NCBI GenBank assembly: GCA_964645775.1
Contig: CAZYBU010000001.1
Span: 115,639-179,638, forward strand
Origin: an uncultured Leptospirales bacterium
GTDB lineage: Bacteria > Spirochaetota > UBA4802 > UBA5550
DNA length: 64,000 nt
Reading direction: 5' to 3'
The notes under the pieces were generated by a model. The model was not told where the DNA came from. It worked only from the letters and a program-made list of their open reading frames with translations, and searched no databases. The position numbers and the translations under genes were made by a program. Of this stretch, positions 19,764 through 30,800 are shown one piece after another. How positions within the stretch are numbered: the first letter of the stretch is position 1; each line of letters starts with the position of its first letter.

Positions 19764-20113
19764 ACGTACCTGAAGCCCTGAAGGGAAGGCGTTCCATTAT
19801 TTTTTTTGATCTTTCACGCACGGAAACAAGGACCTGTCGGCGCGACCTGGCCTCCTTTGCGCGCTGAGAATGAGAATCACACGTGGTTGCGGAGCATGAT
19901 CTCCGCGGGATGGGGCTCCAGGTAGTATTGTCCCTTGAGGTAAGGTTCGTCGTATTTGCGAACATGGTGACGAATCAGTGTCACGGGAACGACCAGTGGC
20001 GTAAGCCCTCTTCGGTATTCCTCTATGCCCTCGATCAGTTCCTGGAGTTCATCGGAAGTGATCCGATACTTGAAGTATCCCGTCATGTGCTGATACCGAG
20101 CCGAAGGGGAGAC

Positions 20114-20863
20114 TCAGGCATATCTTTTTTGGGTTTCTCCGTTTTCTCCCCTCAGGGGCACTTCCCTGTGCAGAAAAAATCCGGAAGCAATGAAGAATTG
20201 GCCCAGGAAATAGACGGAGATGGATATAAGGGATATTCCCTCAAGAGGATAAAGGTAATGAGTTACCACGCCTGTTGTGCCTGCCAGAAGAAGAAGAATC
20301 GAACCCAGGGCCACCGGTTCATTTATAGGCTGCATGAGAAAGGCTGAAAGGGCCACAAGGGTAAGGGTTATGTGATAGAGCATCACAGGGAACAGCATGT
20401 CGGGTCGAATGCTGCTGAAAAAGAGGGTTACGGCGAGAGCATATATTGATATAAGAAGAAGAACAAGGCCCCGCTTTTTATTGAAGGTGAAACTGGAGGA
20501 GAAAGCCAGAAGATAAAAAATATTGGCGATAAGGAACATAACCATGCTCATGAGAGCGAAGCGAGTGCTGTCGAGTTCCATGACCACGTCCCCACCCATG
20601 TAAAAGAGAAGAGCCAGGACAACGAGGCGGCCCTGGAAGGAAGTATTCTTGAGGGAAACAACAAATGCCAGGGTCAGGAGGGGCAGTGCCTTCAGGAAAA
20701 AGCTTCCAGTATAGGGGATGCCCTTGAAAACGAGAACGAGAAACAGGATAGAGGTGAGGCCAAAAAAGATTAGCAGGGCCCTGATCCAGAAACCGAGTTG
20801 TTCATAAGCCTGCATTGTCTTTTTCATATCCTGAGATGTAGCTATATCTCGTTTATACGTCAA
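20114..20863 (-). CDS. polytopic integral membrane protein (about 8 TM)
   Basis: 249 aa, hydrophobic throughout. Possibly YhhN-like, but no firm family signature. Confidence 0.5.
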   Translation of the reverse strand: MTYKRDIATSQDMKKTMQAYEQLGFWIRALLIFFGLTSILFLVLVFKGIPYTGSFFLKALPLLTLAFVVSLKNTSFQGRLVVLALLFYMGGDVVMELDSTRFALMSMVMFLIANIFYLLAFSSSFTFNKKRGLVLLLISIYALAVTLFFSSIRPDMLFPVMLYHITLTLVALSAFLMQPINEPVALGSILLLLAGTTGVVTHYLYPLEGISLISISVYFLGQFFIASGFFLHREVPLRGENGETQKRYA

Positions 20864-21185
20864 TTTCTTTTCACGATTTTTTTTTACATTCTCCCGAAAG
20901 TGTTTTTATTGGTATAGACGTGAAAGCATAATCTTCATTCTTCTGGCACTCCCGCTTTCGGTGGTGGATTTCTTCAACGGGTCATTCTTAAAAACCGGAA
21001 AGTCTTGCAGGGAAAGGTTGAGGATATCCCGGACAGCAATTAGATCTGGGTCAAAAAACGCGCCTCCAGCAGGGATTCCGATATACTTCGCATAGATAAT
21101 AACGAAACCTGTATCGAGAAGAAATACTTCTACCTGAAAAACGACGACATCATCGAAGGGTAACTGATATTTTTTGACTGATCTC

Positions 21186-21214
21186 TTGACAGAGACAAAG
21201 GTGATATATATTTT
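21186..21214 (+). promoter_or_regulatory. putative sigma70 promoter of the tetR-efflux operon
   Basis: TTGACA at 21186-21191 followed 15-17 nt later by TATATT/TATTTT. Immediately abuts the palindromic operator. Confidence 0.45.
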
Positions 21215-21232
21215 AATTAACCAGTTAATTAA
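21213..21232 (+). promoter_or_regulatory. perfect inverted repeat, candidate TetR operator
   Basis: TTAATTAAC-CA-GTTAATTAA (9-bp arms, 2-bp spacer), 16 nt upstream of the tetR start and overlapping the -10 region. Confidence 0.5.
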
Positions 21233-21247
21233 ACTACAGGATCAATC

Positions 21248-22003
21248 ATGAATTCAACAACTCAGCAGTCTGAAAAAACCAGGGAGAGAATACTGGCTGC
21301 GGCCAAGCGGGAATTCGCCCGCAGGGGATACGAGGGCGCCCGTACCGGTTCTATCGCGAAAGAAGCCGGTGTGAACTCGGCCCTGATCCATTATTACTTC
21401 AAGAGCAAGGAGGGGCTATATCTGGAGCTTCTTTATCGACTGCTGGGAGTAGACCAGGCTCCGGTTATTTATGATTTTATCCGGGACCTGGACCGGGATA
21501 TGGATCCTCCTGAAACCCTTTACCTGATTATTTACATGCTTATCCTCCTGCATCATCTGACAACGGATACGGAGGTGAACCGCATCATTGCCAGGGAAAT
21601 GGCGGATGAACGGGAACGTATACAGCAGATCGTGCGGGACTACTTCATTCCCCGCCTCGGAATGCTCGAGGAACTTGTCCGTTCCGGAGTGGAACAGGGA
21701 TATTTTGAAACCAGCAGTCCCCTCCTCGTGGTTCTGAGCATTATATCTCTTATCGTTAACTACAGTTCTAACAGAGATGTTTTCCGGGGAACGGAGATGT
21801 TCGATTCCCTCTACAGTGAAATGGGGTTCGAGAAATTCAGCCGTTTCTGTATCGAATATACCTTCAAGGCCCTTACCCCTGTGGGTAAAAAGGTTCGCAT
21901 CCCCGCGGTGGAACCTGAGATTCTGGAGGAAGCCGCGAACGTGATTAATGATTGGAAAAACAGTTTTATACTCATACTTCATAAAGAAGAGGAGCAGACA
22001 TGA
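21248..22003 (+). CDS. TetR/AcrR family transcriptional regulator
   Basis: HTH region RERILAAAKREFARRGYEGARTGSIAKEAGVNSALIHYYFKSKEGLY. Confidence 0.88.
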   Translation: MNSTTQQSEKTRERILAAAKREFARRGYEGARTGSIAKEAGVNSALIHYYFKSKEGLYLELLYRLLGVDQAPVIYDFIRDLDRDMDPPETLYLIIYMLILLHHLTTDTEVNRIIAREMADERERIQQIVRDYFIPRLGMLEELVRSGVEQGYFETSSPLLVVLSIISLIVNYSSNRDVFRGTEMFDSLYSEMGFEKFSRFCIEYTFKALTPVGKKVRIPAVEPEILEEAANVINDWKNSFILILHKEEEQT

Positions 22004-23358
22004 AGTACCGTCTTATTGCTGTCCTGATTATGCTTTCCGTCCCACTTTCTGCTTCCGGTGAGGAGGCCCTGACCCTGAAGGGTGCGGTGGAGGGAGCTTT
22101 GAACAGGAATACAGGGTACCTGATCGCCCTGGAACAGGCCCGGGAGAGCAAATACAAGGTTCGGGAAACATGGGGAATGCTCTGGCCATCCATCTCCTCC
22201 GACATCTCCGTCACCTTCCAGGACGCGGACGAGGGTATGAATGCCTACACCGACGGCCAGTACGATATCACCTTCATTAACGGACAGTGGCAGGTCAACC
22301 CCGGCGCCTTCTACCACAGTCTCATCTCTTCCCGCAAGGGCCATATCATGGCTACCCTGGAGGCACGCAGGGTCAGGGCGGATACGATTATTCAAACCAT
22401 TAAGAACTATTTCAGTATTATGCTGGCTGCGGAGTCTATTGACCTTTCGGAAGAGTCGGTCCGGGCCCTTGCCGAGAACCTGCGGGTGGTGACCGTGGGA
22501 TACAGGAAGGGAATGGTTTCCCGTCTCGATTATCTGAACGCCCGCGTTGCTCTGGCCAATGAGAAGGTGAAGCTCATAAACGTTCGGAATAACCTGATGA
22601 CCGCCCGTGCGGTTATGAACATGCACCTTGGGAGGGAGATCGAAGAACCGATCCGGATAGAGAAGACCTTTCGGGATATGACCGAGGAGGAACTCGCTTT
22701 CACGAAACTCTCCGGAGAGGAAGAAGAGAAGGTGACCCGCAGACTGGTAGCCGAGGCCCTGAGGAACCGGCCGGAACTGATCCAGGTCCGGGTCCGGAAA
22801 GAGATGGAGAAACAGGGAGAGTGGTCAGCCCGATCGGTCTATGTGTGGCCCACGATCTTTGTTCAGGGCCAGTGGAAGACATCCAAAGCCATGCCGGCTG
22901 AGAACATCCCCTTTGGGATGGGATCATTTTTCCCGGATGACTGGAACAAGAGCTGGAGCATTACCCTGGGGGCCTCCTATTCATGGGGAAGTCTGGTACC
23001 CCTGGACAGGAGCCACGCTCAGGTTAAGCAGGCGAAGTCCCGGCAGGAACAGAGCCGTCTCCAGATGGAGGAACTTATCCGAAGTATCCACCTGGAGGTG
23101 AAAAGTAACATCCTCAAGCTGAAATCGGCGTCCCTTTCCCTCCAGGCTCAGAAAGGAAACGTTGAGACGGCCCGGGCGAGCCTGGGGACCGCCATCGTCC
23201 AGTTCCGTAACGGTATCATAGACAATACGAAACTGCTGGAGGCGAACATCCAGTTAAAGACGGCCCAGAATCTATACATCCAGGCCATCCATGATTACCA
23301 CGTGGCCCGGGCCGAGTTGAATCGGGCCGTGGGAAAGGAATACTTCCCCATCGAATAG
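22000..23358 (+). CDS. TolC-family outer membrane efflux protein
   Basis: 452 aa. Signal peptide. Duplicated coiled-coil/beta repeats. Start overlaps the tetR stop. Confidence 0.8.
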   Translation: MKYRLIAVLIMLSVPLSASGEEALTLKGAVEGALNRNTGYLIALEQARESKYKVRETWGMLWPSISSDISVTFQDADEGMNAYTDGQYDITFINGQWQVNPGAFYHSLISSRKGHIMATLEARRVRADTIIQTIKNYFSIMLAAESIDLSEESVRALAENLRVVTVGYRKGMVSRLDYLNARVALANEKVKLINVRNNLMTARAVMNMHLGREIEEPIRIEKTFRDMTEEELAFTKLSGEEEEKVTRRLVAEALRNRPELIQVRVRKEMEKQGEWSARSVYVWPTIFVQGQWKTSKAMPAENIPFGMGSFFPDDWNKSWSITLGASYSWGSLVPLDRSHAQVKQAKSRQEQSRLQMEELIRSIHLEVKSNILKLKSASLSLQAQKGNVETARASLGTAIVQFRNGIIDNTKLLEANIQLKTAQNLYIQAIHDYHVARAELNRAVGKEYFPIE

Positions 23359-23379
23359 GAAATATTACAGGAATATGCC

Positions 23380-24333
23380 ATGACGAGAAAAAGAAAAAAC
23401 ATCCTAATAGCCATAGCCGTTGTCTTCAGTCTGCTTATACTTTACCGTTTTGGAGAACGGATTCATCACTGGGTAACCGGAGGAGAGCAGAAGGAAACCA
23501 TTTCCGAGGTCCCTGTGCGGGTACAGACCGCGGAGAGAACCGATCTCAGGAAAAAACTCAGGTTAACCGGTGACGTAAAAGGTTCTGAAGTGGTGAACCT
23601 CTTCGCCCAGGTGCCAGGGAAGATACGGAATATCCGGGTCAAGGAAGGCGACCGGGTCGTGAAGGGTCAGACAGTCATGACCATCAACCGGGACATCGTG
23701 GGGATGCACTACATGCCGGCTATCGTGGAGTCGCCCATTACTGGATACGTGGGGTCCGTACTGGTCGATCGTGGGATGACCGTAACCCAGACCATACCCC
23801 TGGGGCAGGTTGTGAGCATGGACCAGGTAGAGGTGATCGTCTACATAATCGAAGAGCAGATCAACCAGGTCAAGCTGGGAATGGAAGCTGAGATTCATGT
23901 TCAGGCCTTTCCGGACCGGGTCTTTAACGGCCGGGTGACCAAGAAGAGCGCCGTGGTCGACCCGGTAAGCCGGACCCAGAAGGTACATATTAACTTAATA
24001 AACAGGGACCTCTCCCTGCGGCACGGGATGTTCGCCACGGTCTACATCATCACCGATGTGAGGGAGGATGTTGTGGTCATTCCCGTGGATTCCCTTATGC
24101 AGGACAGGGAAGGGACGTGGTATGTTTACCTGGCAGTGGATAAAAAAGCCGTTCGTAGAGATGTTAAGTCCGGTCTTCGGGTAGAGAACAGTATTGAAAT
24201 ACGGGAAGGCCTCAAAGAAGGAGATCAGATCATAAACCTGGGAAAGGAGAACGTTTCAGAAGGAGATGTCCTGATCATTTACCGGGAAGAGAAAAAAGAA
24301 GAGAGAAAGGAGCCGGGCGATGAGACTGAGTGA
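23380..24333 (+). CDS. efflux RND periplasmic adaptor (MFP), apparently lacking the alpha-helical hairpin
   Basis: 317 aa. N-terminal TM anchor. Lipoyl-like VKEGDRVVKGQTVMTIN followed directly by beta-barrel/MP domains. No long coiled-coil segment. Confidence 0.75.
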   Translation: MTRKRKNILIAIAVVFSLLILYRFGERIHHWVTGGEQKETISEVPVRVQTAERTDLRKKLRLTGDVKGSEVVNLFAQVPGKIRNIRVKEGDRVVKGQTVMTINRDIVGMHYMPAIVESPITGYVGSVLVDRGMTVTQTIPLGQVVSMDQVEVIVYIIEEQINQVKLGMEAEIHVQAFPDRVFNGRVTKKSAVVDPVSRTQKVHINLINRDLSLRHGMFATVYIITDVREDVVVIPVDSLMQDREGTWYVYLAVDKKAVRRDVKSGLRVENSIEIREGLKEGDQIINLGKENVSEGDVLIIYREEKKEERKEPGDETE

Positions 24334-27300
24334 CCTTTCTGTTAACCGGGCCGTTTTCGCGGCCATGCTCTTTATCGGTCTTACGGTCATCGGAGGGGTC
24401 AGTTATTCCAAGATGGCTATCGACCTCTTTCCGGATATAGAGTACCCGGTAGCCATTATTATCACCGAGTATGAAGACGTGGGGCCCAAGGAGGTGGAGA
24501 GCACTGTTACCCGCCCCCTTGAGGAGGCCGTGGCAGGTATAAATAATATCGAGACCCTCTCGTCCCAATCATTCGAAGGTGTCTCTCTGGTAACCGTTGA
24601 GTTCGCCTGGGGAACCGACATGGGAGCCGGTGTGGCTGACATACGGGAGAAGCTTGATCTTATCAAGCAGGCCCTTCCCAACGAAGTTGGAACACCGATG
24701 GTACTCAAATTCGATGTTTCCATGATGCCAATCCTGATAATAGCGGTTACGGGTGAAAGGAGTATTCAGGATATTCGTAACTATGCCGAAGACCACCTGA
24801 AGAGCCGGTTTGAGCAGGTGGACGGCGTGGCCACGGCCGATGTCATCGGAGGGTACGAGGACGAGGTCAAGGTAGAGCTGGACCGTAACCGCATGGACGC
24901 CTACGGGATATCCATTGATACTATCACGCAGGTGCTTTTCCTTGAAAACATGAATACCGCCGGAGGAGAGGTAAAGACGGATATCATGAAGTACACCCTC
25001 CGTACCCGTGGAGAGTTCCAGACCCTGGATGACATTCGAAACGTTGTTGTGGGAGTTAAAAACAGGACCCCGGTCTATCTGAGTGACATCGGGCGGGTTT
25101 ATATGGGACCCGAAGAGAAGGACAATATAGTGCGGCTAAACGGTCATGACGGTGTTATCATGATACTGCGGAAGCAGTCGGACATGAACACGGTCCAGGT
25201 TGCCCGCAGGGCCGTAAAGAGACTGGATGGAATTCAGGAGAACCTTCCCGCGGGGATCGGGCTGAACGTCTTTTTCAACCAGTCCGAGTACATAGAGAAA
25301 TCGATCAATAACCTGATCCGGACCGCCATCCAGGGAGGTGTAATCGCCATTTTCGTAGTCTTCATTTTTCTTCGAAGCATGCGCGCGGCTTTGATACTGG
25401 GCCTGTCGATACCCCTCTCCATTATTATAACCTTTATCGGTATGTATATCTTTGATCTCTCCCTGAATATGATGTCCCTGGGGGGGTTGGCCCTGGGCGT
25501 GGGGATGCTTATAGACAATTCCATTGTTATTTTGGAGAACGTTTTCCGATTCAGGGAACGAGGGGCTCGTCCCATGGAGGCGGCGAAACTGGGCGCCGAT
25601 GAAATGGCCATGGCCATCACTGCGTCAACATTGACCACTATCTCGGTCTTTCTTCCCTTCCTCTTTACCGAGGGCCTGGCCGGGCAGCTTTTCAAGGACA
25701 TGGCCCTCACCATCGCCTTCTCCCTCCTGGCTTCTCTTCTGGTGGCCCTGACCCTGGTCCCTATGATGACTTCCCGGGTCATAAAGGTGCTCCATCCTGC
25801 CTACGGGGACCGAATCCCGGTGGTGGGACGCCTGTTGGACTGGACGGATAAGGCCTTTCATGAACTGGAATACTACTATGGAAGGGTCATCCGATGGGCC
25901 CTGTCACATCGTAAACGGGTGGTAGCCTATACAGGTATGGCGATAGTTATCGGTCTTGTACTACTTCCCTTTGCCGGAATGGAGTTTATTCCGGAACAGG
26001 ATGAGAACCGGCTTACCTTCTATGTGGAGCTTCCCGTGGGGACCAACCTGGAGAGCACGGAAGAAGTCATGAAGATGGTGGAGAAACGGGTCATGAACGT
26101 CTTAAAGAAGGATGAATACGCGGGACTCAATGTCCGGGCCGGGCAGGGAACCGGGATCTCCGCCGTTTTCAGTGAGACAAAGGACCATATGGGAAAGGTT
26201 GAGATCCGCTTTACGGGTCAGAGCGAACGGGAACGATCCGACAATGAGCTGAGAAAGATTCTGAGATTGGCTCTCCGGGACGTGCCCGGCGCGAAGATAA
26301 ACTTTTCCCGGGGTGGCAGGGAAGGAGGCGGGCTGGGAGGATCTTTTATCACGGTGGAGATCTATGGCTACGACCTGGAGGACGCGGCCTCCTATACCCG
26401 GGAGATATACCGGGCCCTCGAGAAGATCCCCGGTGTCTACGATCTGGAAATATCGAGGGAGGAGGGACTACCTGAGAAACAGATTATTATTAACAGAGAC
26501 AAGGCCTCCAAGATGGGCCTTAATACTACTGTCGTGGCTAATATGGTAAAGGACAGTGTGGCAGGCAAGAAGTCGACTATCTACAGAAAGGAAGGGGAAG
26601 AGTATGACGTGGTCGTCCGTCTGCGGGAAGAGGACAGAAGGACCATACGGGACATACTTTCCCTGAAGATACAGACTCCCACGGGGGACGCCGTTCCCCT
26701 GGGAAACATTATTAACATAAAAACCATAAGTGGACCCACGGCCATTGAACGTAAGAAACAGGAGCGGGTTGTCTTCATAAACTGCAAGGCGGAAGGGAGG
26801 GACCTCAGGAGCGTGGCCCTGGACATGAAAAAGGTCATCAGGAATATTGTTCCACCGAAGAACTTCCATGCCCGGGTGGCCGGCTCCTATGAGGACATGA
26901 ACGAGTCCTTCCGGGATCTTTCGCTCGCTCTTCTTCTGGCAGTGGTCCTGATCTACATTATCATGGCTTCCCAGTTCGAGTCTCTCTGGGCGCCTTTTAT
27001 CATCATGGTGACCATGCCGACCATGATCTTCGGTGTTTCCTTTTTCCTGTTCCTGACGGGAACGACCTTTAATGTTATATCCTTCATGGGGGTGCTGATG
27101 CTTGCCGGCATTGTGGTTAACAACGCCATTGTCTACGTGGACTACACGAACATTCTGCGAGCCCGGGGGAAAAGCCTCCATGAGGCCCTTTCCACGGCCG
27201 GTGAACTGCGATTACGACCCATCCTGATGACCACCTTCACGACCATCTTCGGCCTGGTGCCCATGGCCATAGGACTGGGGGAAGGATCGGAGCTGACCAC

Positions 27301-27442
27301 ACCCCTGGCGCGTGCCGTTATCGGGGGATTGAGCTCATCGTTCATCTTTACTCTGGTCTTTCTTCCGGTAGTCTATTCCCTGCTGGAGCAGATCAAGGAG
27401 AGCATACAGGCCCGGCTCGCCCGTGCAAAGGGAGGATATTGA
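24320..27442 (+). CDS. RND efflux transporter permease (AcrB/HAE1-like, 12 TM)
   Basis: 1040 aa. N-terminal MRLSDLSVNRAVFAAMLF and two large periplasmic loops flanked by TM bundles, as in AcrB. Confidence 0.88.
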   Translation: MRLSDLSVNRAVFAAMLFIGLTVIGGVSYSKMAIDLFPDIEYPVAIIITEYEDVGPKEVESTVTRPLEEAVAGINNIETLSSQSFEGVSLVTVEFAWGTDMGAGVADIREKLDLIKQALPNEVGTPMVLKFDVSMMPILIIAVTGERSIQDIRNYAEDHLKSRFEQVDGVATADVIGGYEDEVKVELDRNRMDAYGISIDTITQVLFLENMNTAGGEVKTDIMKYTLRTRGEFQTLDDIRNVVVGVKNRTPVYLSDIGRVYMGPEEKDNIVRLNGHDGVIMILRKQSDMNTVQVARRAVKRLDGIQENLPAGIGLNVFFNQSEYIEKSINNLIRTAIQGGVIAIFVVFIFLRSMRAALILGLSIPLSIIITFIGMYIFDLSLNMMSLGGLALGVGMLIDNSIVILENVFRFRERGARPMEAAKLGADEMAMAITASTLTTISVFLPFLFTEGLAGQLFKDMALTIAFSLLASLLVALTLVPMMTSRVIKVLHPAYGDRIPVVGRLLDWTDKAFHELEYYYGRVIRWALSHRKRVVAYTGMAIVIGLVLLPFAGMEFIPEQDENRLTFYVELPVGTNLESTEEVMKMVEKRVMNVLKKDEYAGLNVRAGQGTGISAVFSETKDHMGKVEIRFTGQSERERSDNELRKILRLALRDVPGAKINFSRGGREGGGLGGSFITVEIYGYDLEDAASYTREIYRALEKIPGVYDLEISREEGLPEKQIIINRDKASKMGLNTTVVANMVKDSVAGKKSTIYRKEGEEYDVVVRLREEDRRTIRDILSLKIQTPTGDAVPLGNIINIKTISGPTAIERKKQERVVFINCKAEGRDLRSVALDMKKVIRNIVPPKNFHARVAGSYEDMNESFRDLSLALLLAVVLIYIIMASQFESLWAPFIIMVTMPTMIFGVSFFLFLTGTTFNVISFMGVLMLAGIVVNNAIVYVDYTNILRARGKSLHEALSTAGELRLRPILMTTFTTIFGLVPMAIGLGEGSELTTPLARAVIGGLSSSFIFTLVFLPVVYSLLEQIKESIQARLARAKGGY

Positions 27443-27759
27443 TGAGTTCCGGAAAGAAGGGAAAGAAACCGTCTATGAAACTGGTCTTTATCATCTACAG
27501 CAACCCTGTGGATGAGGAAATCATAGAGATCCTGAGAGAAGAAGGCGCGGGTTACAGCAAGTTTGTGAACGTACTGGGAGAGGGAGACCGGGAACCTCAG
27601 CTGGGGAGCCATATCTGGCCCGGAATCAATAACTGTATTATCTCAGCCATGGACGAGACCATGGAGAAAAAAATGAGTAAGCGTATCATCTCCCTTAAGG
27701 AAAGGTACCAGGGAATCGGGATAACGGTCTTTTCAACGGGTCTTGATAGCTGGGAATAA
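27439..27759 (+). CDS. small soluble protein translationally coupled to the RND pump (possible PII/CutA-like fold, DUF3240-like)
   Basis: 106 aa, ATGA overlap with the RND stop. Beta-alpha-beta pattern (KLVFIIYSNPVDEEIIEILRE...GITVFSTG). Family assignment is an inference. Confidence 0.4.
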   Translation: MMSSGKKGKKPSMKLVFIIYSNPVDEEIIEILREEGAGYSKFVNVLGEGDREPQLGSHIWPGINNCIISAMDETMEKKMSKRIISLKERYQGIGITVFSTGLDSWE

Positions 27760-27863
27760 AAGGGTTCCAGTTTTAAGGCCTGCCTTGATCCTGGTGGGAT
27801 ACTACCTGGTATCCAACAATTCCCGGGAAGAATGGAGCGGGAACCTGCTTCGAAAGGAATGGA

Positions 27864-30800
27864 TTATCTGCGCCCCATGAGTCTCTGGATGTCCATGTGG
27901 ATGAGATAGATCGAAGGTGTGAAGAGCAAAGTTATCACTGTGGCAAAGAGAAGTCCGTAGGCCATAGCCATGACCGTGGGCACGATGGCGTTGGATGTGC
28001 CTCCAATCCCGTAGACAGTCGGTAAAAGACCAAGGACCGTGGTCAAAGTCGTAAGAATAACTGGACGAAGCCGCTGGCGGGCACCGTCAATGATTCTCTT
28101 GATGGGGAATTCACTGTTATCCCGTATCTCACGGTTGATAAAATCGATCATTACCACGTTATCGTTTACCACAACCCCGGAAAGACCGATGATACCGACA
28201 ATGCCCATGAAGGTCAGCGGTATGCCGTGCAGGGTAAAGGCCAGGAGGGCCCCGATTATACTGAAGGGTATGGTTATCATGATAAGGAGCGGCTGGCTGA
28301 CCGACCGGAAAAGAACCGTAAGCATAAAATAAATCATAACAATGGCAATGGAGAAAGCCCTGCCGAGACCTCCCAGGGACTCTTCGGTCTCCTTGGCCTC
28401 TCCTCCCATGGTAATGGATACTTCCGGATGGGCTTGTATGGTCTGGGAGAACCGGGTCAGTACCTTCTCCGCTACCTGTGACGATGTGATCTGCTTCTCG
28501 TCCACGTTTGCTGTTATGGTGATGACACGGTCCCCGTTATAGTGGTTGATGACCGATTTACCTGTCTGCTTTTCAATCCTGGCCACTTCACCGAGACGAA
28601 TAAGACGTCCAAACTGGTTAGGTATGAGAAGGTTCTCGATAAATTTCCTGTCTCTCTTGTATCGTTCGTCAACCTGTACGCGGAAATCGAGGGTGTCCTC
28701 AATGGTCTCGATAGATGTGGCAACACTCCCCTCATAGGCGACTCGGACCGTCTGGGCCACGGTCGCGACATTCAGGCTGAATTGAGCAAGACGTTCATAA
28801 TCAAAGGAGATATTCAACTCCTTCTTGCCCGCTTTCTGGTCATTGGTAACGTCAAAGACACCGGGAAGGGTTTCAAGGTATTCTTCGATATCCTTCTGGA
28901 TTTTGCCGGTCAGGGTCATATCCTTGCCGATGATCTTTATGTTGACAGGTTCCCCTGTTGGCGGACCCAAAGACATCTTCTCGTAGAGAATCCGGGTGAA
29001 AGCTGGATACGTATCAATATTGATTTCTTTGCGGAGATTATGAATGATCCTTTCGGCTGTCCGGTCTCGTTCGGTCCTGGGAACAAGGACAACGATTATC
29101 TGGGACCAGTTTTCATGGGCACCTTTCAGATCACCGGGTCTAACATCGTGTGTCCCCAGGATAATCCGTGTGGATACCATCTCATTCTCCGGTACGACCT
29201 CCCTAAGGTCTTTCTCCACCTTAAGGGAGAGGGTGTCCATGTACTCCTGGCTTGTCCCGTCCGGCGCCTCAAGATTTATATAAATTCTGTCGGAAGAATC
29301 GTCCCAGAAGAGGACAAAACCACGGATGGTCTCCCTGGATATGAACAGAGTTCCCACGAGACCGGCAATTATCAGAAGAACCATGAAATATCTGAATTTC
29401 AGAACTCTTGCAAGGAAACGGCTGTACCATTTTTCCAGTACGGAGAACCATCCTCCTCCTGTTACCTTCAAGGCTTTGCCCTGTTTATTCTTTTTGGACC
29501 CGTGTATGAGATGATTTGGAAGGAGAAAATAGCCCTCAAAGAGAGAAGCAAGAAGGGCCACGGTGATGACGAGGGGAAAGATGAAAATGACCTTGCCCAT
29601 CATCCCTTTGATGGCAAGCATTGGAAGAAAAGCCACGATGGTTGTTGTTATGGATACTGTCACAGGAGCGATAACTCTTCTTACTCCATTTGCAGCGGCA
29701 TCAAGGGGAGGAAGACCCCGCTCCCGTTCCACGAAAATTGCTTCACCGATAACGATACCGTCATCCACCAGTATTCCGAGAATGGTTACAACAGCGGCTA
29801 TGGAAACCAGGTTAAGGGTTATGCCATAGAGGTTCATCCCGATGAGGGTAATCATGAGACTGATCGGTATGGCCACGGCTATCCAGAAGGAAGAACGGAG
29901 ATTCAGAAAAAACAGGAGTACCAGAACAACCAGTATGAAACCTATAGCAGCGTTCCCGAGAACGGCATTGAGCATGGAGGATATGGAATCGGATTGATCG
30001 TTAATGATTTCAGCCTGGAATTCGGAATCTATAAGTGGATCGGTTTCAATAAATGTTCTGACGTTTTCCGCCGTGGTGATGATATCCGCGTTTTCATTTT
30101 TCACGATTTCAAGGATAATGGCCCTTTTGCTGTTAACACGGGTCAAACTTGTTGTTTGTTTAAACCCGTAGGAGACGTCGGCGATATCCTGTATGCGGAT
30201 CTTCTTTCCCTCGAAGTTTGAACGTATTATAACATCCCTGACATCCAGGGGATCTTCAAACTCACCGATGGTGACAATGGTCTGCTCGTTCTGAAGGGAC
30301 TGCAGGGTTCCGCCCGTTGCGCGAACGTTTCTCGCGCGGATACTGTCTACTACGTTATTCAGTGACACGTAGTAGCTGTCCATCTTAGTAAGATCGACAT
30401 CGATATGGACCTCTCTTTCCCGGTATCCGTATTTTCGAACCGAACTGACCCCTTCAATCTTGAGGAGAAGTTCTTCCATTTTATCGGACTGATAGTTTAG
30501 CCTGTATTCGTCAGGCTCTGATTCTCCACGGGACATAACGGCAATGTGCATGATACCCATCATTTTGGGATTGAGGTCCAGAATCTTGAGGGTTTCGACG
30601 TCTTCGGAAATGGATGGAATATTTGAGGTCGTTATGTTCCGGAATACCTCGTCCTTGACAGCCTGCTTGTTCTGGAGGTCGTAGTCGAGGAAAAGAGCGA
30701 TGGTTCCCAGGTTTTCGATGGAATAGGATGAGAAGTAACGGATACCGGATATCTTTCTCAGCTCCTTTTCGATCGGTATAACAGCGTTCATCTCTACGTC

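Noticed and set aside
19877-20086. 69-aa minus-strand ORF between the ALDH and membrane-protein genes
   Set aside because: It has no RBS or motif support, it partly overlaps a + strand ORF, and the region may simply be a convergent terminator zone. Insufficient evidence to call.
28542-30221. 559-aa + strand ORF (and many other 60-270-aa ORFs in the six-frame track, e.g. 16247-16927, 18756-19586, 26468-27181, 31252-32031, 45769-46251, 48487-48846)
   Set aside because: Each lies entirely inside and antisense to a confidently identified long gene (RND pump, acylase, ALDH, TolC-like, hydrolase, repeat protein). They are low-complexity shadow ORFs of GC-rich coding sequence with no motifs.
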